In this document: piece after piece, positions 60,537 to 64,000 of the stretch | How the letters are laid out: each line of letters opens with the position of its first letter | How positions within the stretch are numbered: the first letter of the stretch is position 1 | Source of the DNA: Macrostomum lignano | Lineage: Eukaryota | DNA: 64,000 nucleotides | Direction: 5' to 3' | NCBI GenBank assembly: GCA_002269645.1 | Contig: NIVC01002342.1 | Location: 7,559-71,558 of the forward strand | Made by a program: the position numbers and the translations under genes | Notes under the pieces: generated by a model | What the model was told of the DNA's origin: nothing | Databases searched by the model: none | What the model saw: the letters and a program-made list of their open reading frames with translations, nothing else

Positions 60537-62364
60537 TCACTCACACGTCATGTCTGTAGCGGAGAGGCGTAATGCCCTTTGTGGCCCTGGCAGAGCGGTG
60601 CAGTGGCTCTTCAGGCTCCGCAAGATCTGATGCCGCCAACTCATTGCCGGCTGGAGCCGCCTGGGCCGCCGCTGGATGTCTTCGGCTTTAGCAGTGGACT
60701 GCTGCGGCGGCATTGGTCGCAGGTCTTGGCGATTGCGAATCAGCTCCCTGCCGCTTTGAGTCAGCAGTCGATAGTTGCTGTGCTCCGGGTCAGCTTGCGT
60801 CACAACAGCTGGCTCCCATCTGAAACCATGCCAAAAACAAACTGCATCTCCCTGATTCAGTGTTGAGAGTGGTCAGGCTTGCTGGTTGTAGTGCCGTTTT
60901 TGAGCAGCCTGCAGCGGGGCTTTAGAGAATCCGGTTGTTCTGTCTTTGAGCAGCGCCTCCTCACCTGCTGGCAGCTTCGTACGAATCAACCGACCAAACA
61001 TGAGCTCGCTGGGGCTGGTGCTCGTACCGCTAATTGGTGAAGCTCGATATTCCATTAGCGCAATTTCAGGCTGATCAGCTTTCCTCAGGATGCTCTTTGC
61101 CACTTTGACTGCCTTTTCAGCCATCCCGTTGGACTGTGGATATCCGGGTGACAAGTGCGTGTGCATGAAACCAAACTGTTCAGCAAACTCTTGAAACTTA
61201 AATGAGCTGAATGGGGGCCCATTGTCACTGACCAGCTCTTCGACAATACCGAACCTGGCGAACATCAACTTAATTCGAGCAATCACTAGGTCAGCTCCAG
61301 ACTGTTGACCTAACTTTGCCAGTTCGATCCATTTGCTATAATAACAGGTAACGACTAGCCACTTGTCACCATTGAAGTCCAGCAGATCACAACCAACCTT
61401 GGTCCATGGTGCATTCGGAATCTTATGGTTCAACAGCGGTTCCTTTGGGTTGGCCAGCTGAAAAGTTTGACAAGTGCTGCAGTTCTTCACGAAGATCTTA
61501 ATGTCCGCTGACATGCCTGGCCAGTATAGAATTTGACGAGCTCGGGCCTCCGTCTTGCCCGCGCCAGCATGACCTTTGTGTAAAATTTGCAGAATCTTCT
61601 GCCGCAACGATGCTGGAACAATAATGCGGTCCAACTTCATCAACACGCCATCATTGTAGGTCAAGTCCTCCTTGAAGCTCCAATACGGACAGACAGAGTG
61701 GCAAATGTTCCGAAAGTTGCTTGGCCAACCCATCAGAACAAACCGGGCTACAGAACTTAAGTCCGAATCTTTGCGGGTCTCGTCTCGGATTTGTTGCAAA
61801 CAAATGGTGGAAATCGGGAGGCTCTTGCTCATTTGATGCACCTCCACTTCAATTTTGTCGTCTAGAGCAGCCTCGGCCTCCAGAAGGTAAGCTCTTGAAA
61901 AGCGTATCGGCAATCAGCATCTTGGATCTGGGTGCCCAGGATACACGCAGATTATATCTTTTGAGTTGGTACAGCATTCGAGCAATGCGTGGCGGAACAT
62001 GCAGCAAGTCACGCTTAAAAATAACCTCCAGGGGCTTGTGGTCTGTAGTCACTCGTACTACTGGGAGGCCATAGATGTAGTCATGAAATTTCTTGCAAGC
62101 AATAACAACGGCCAGAGTTTCCTTCTCAATCTGAGCATAGTTTTTTTGCGTGTTGTTCAGCGCAGCCAATCCATACGCCACAGGCTATCCATTCTGCAGC
62201 AAAACGCAACCAACTCCGACCGATGAACTGTCAACTTGAAGCTCAACTTCCATATCGGTGTCAAACAACCTTAGCACAGGAGCGTCCGACAGAACATCTT
62301 TTAGCTTCTCAAAAGCTTGCTGCTGCTTCTCTTGCCAGTCAAAAAGAACCTCCTTCTTGAGCAG
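60537..62364 (-). mobile_element. Decayed Ty3/Gypsy pol (RT end, RNase H, integrase)
   Basis: NYAQIEKETLAVV..TDHKPL (RNase H), HKGHAG..CSTC (HHCC), DLLD..SDNGPPF..MAEKAV (DDE). Frameshift at about 61900, in-frame TAG at about 62185 and TGA at 60873. Confidence 0.92.
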
Positions 62365-63913
62365 TGAAGTGAAGCGAAAGCGCCGTTAGCAAGAGGATGG
62401 GAGAAATCAGCCGACACGCGCGTGATGCGTGAACAAGCATCCAGCCTTGGCAGCAACTCCCCAGATGCACAAGATCTGCATGCCTAAAAATAGTCCTGAT
62501 GATCGGCGAGCAAGAAGCCCAGCCATGCGACCCTCGCGTGATGCATGCACAACCTCTGATCGACACTGCCTATTGGGCCTCGAAATCCCACTCTCTCCCC
62601 CTACTGCTCCTATTCCTCATTGCTCGCGTACAGTGTGCTAGCTTATAAAATATACTGATTGAAGAGGAAAGATCCTCGCCTGAAGTTTAAGAATGTGACT
62701 CTAGAGATCACACAGAGAAAGTTACCATCGAGGTCCATTGTTCGTTGTCTTCCTGAACTATTGGCAGAAGGAAACGATTATAATATGGGAAAACCCAAAT
62801 AAATTTTTCGTTTCAATTGGTTCCACTGACCGCGTGAGTCGCCGCTAGACAGAAGTCTCAGACACCATGCAGTTATCGCTCTGCTGCATGTCTTCAACAG
62901 CCATTTGAATGAATCGAGAACTGAGACTTTCCTGCCTTCAGTAAAGGAAAACTTCGAACTAAACAAGACCAATGGACGAAGATCAAGAAGCGACGCAGTT
63001 TACCATTCCAAGAAGAAACTCTCGTTGAGAGATCTACACAATCAATTTGGTCAAGACGGTATTTTTTGACGTCCTATTTAACTGCAATGTACCTTCAGCC
63101 AGCATCCCAATCTGACTGTCTACCAGACGCTGTTTCAATTTGTCGAGTCTCCGTGTCCAGTCCTATTTGCGTCACTGTTTAGGGCATCAAAAAGCCCATT
63201 CAATTTGTCGAGTTTCCGAGTTCACGTCAATCCCCCTCTCAGATCTGATTAAATAGTCAAGAGGATATGCTGGTACAATTCATCCACTGTTGTCACAAGT
63301 TCACTTTGCCCCTTGACCAAGTTTCGTGTTTCAACAACATCAACTCAACTGCAAGTTACCAAGTGGGACTGCGAATCGCAAGCAAATGCACAACTGTACG
63401 CCATGTCATCATTGCTCCAAGCTTATTTTCAACAGAGCTCGGAGGGCCTCGCTTCCCTGAAAAAAGAGTGAAGCGAAAGCGCCGTTAGCAAGAGGATGGG
63501 AGAAATCAGCCGACACGCGCGTGATGCGTGAACAAGCATCCAGCCTTGGCAGCAACTCCCCAGATGCACAAGATCTGCATGCCTAAAAATAGTCCTGATG
63601 ATCGGCGAGCAAGAAGCCCAGCCATGCGACCCTCGCGTGATGCATGCACAACCTCTGATCGACACTGCCTATTGGGCCTCGAAATCCCACTCTCTCCCCT
63701 ACTGCTCCTATTCCTCGTTGCTCGCGTACAGTGTGCTAGCTTATAAAATATACTGATTGAAGAGGAAAGATCCTCGCTTGAAGTTTGAGAATGTGACTCT
63801 AGAGATCACACAGAGAAAGTTACTATCGAGGTCCATTGTTCGTTGTCTTCCTGAACTGTTGGCAGAAGGAAACGATATAATATGGGAAAAACCCGTATAA
63901 ATTTTTCGTTTCA
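62365..63913 (+). mobile_element. Complete non-autonomous LTR retroelement (TRIM-like, 1,549 bp)
   Basis: LTRs 62365/62370-62815 and 63469-63913 (TG...CA); PBS-like TGGTTCCACTGACCGCG at 62818; purine tract GAAAAAAGAG before the 3' LTR; 4-bp TSD GCAG; internal part of about 650 bp has no coding sequence. Confidence 0.9.
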
Positions 63914-64000
63914 GCAGGGCACTAAGAGGTTCAGTGATGTCCGACGCATTCGGAATGAACTTGCCCGTAGGTTGCCATGCCAAGCAACCGCATCACTGCC
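63914..64000 (-). mobile_element. Continuation of the Gypsy pol (RT C-terminus) beyond the TRIM
   Basis: GKFIPNASDITEPLSALL joins to KKEVLFDWQ once the insert and one GCAG are removed. Confidence 0.9.

Noticed and set aside
60873-61913. Intact or domesticated integrase gene
   Set aside because: Bounded by a frameshift and a nonsense codon within a disrupted pol

Overview
Animal genomic DNA with short GT-AG introns, CpG-rich exons, many intronic minisatellites and TTAGGG repeats. A flatworm such as Macrostomum is my guess (inference only). All gene models were spliced by eye from GT/AG sites and reading phase. Genes: (1) a secreted protein with five tandem F-type-lectin-like domains, one per phase 1-1 exon (-, 394-3523); (2) an ENPP4/5-like nucleotide pyrophosphatase (-, 7014-8485); (3) a small zf-MYND protein (+, 12386-13693); (4) an RFESD-like Rieske protein (+, 14678-17123); (5) a roughly 32-exon, roughly 3,500-aa Roco gene (-, 38567-55574). 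Its architecture is polyQ, LRR-like, apparently degenerate Roc/COR module, Cys-rich motif, SPRY, LRR, intact Roc-COR, TIR (no catalytic Glu), TIR (Glu present), CaaX-like end. Between 17.6 and 37.8 kb is a nested repeat complex: two tandem copies of a non-coding Helitron-like element (5' TC, 3' hairpin+CTAG, no TSD), filled with 24/48-bp and 23-bp satellites, tRNA-derived heads and (TTAGGG)n, and inserted in a putative foldback-type repeat whose two inverted ends face each other at 36.4-36.5 kb. The right end holds an internally inverted RTE-like retroelement carrying a hAT MITE, and a decayed Gypsy pol interrupted by a complete non-autonomous LTR element (TRIM-like). The best candidates for an undescribed system are the double-module Roco-TIR-TIR protein and the satellite-carrying Helitron.
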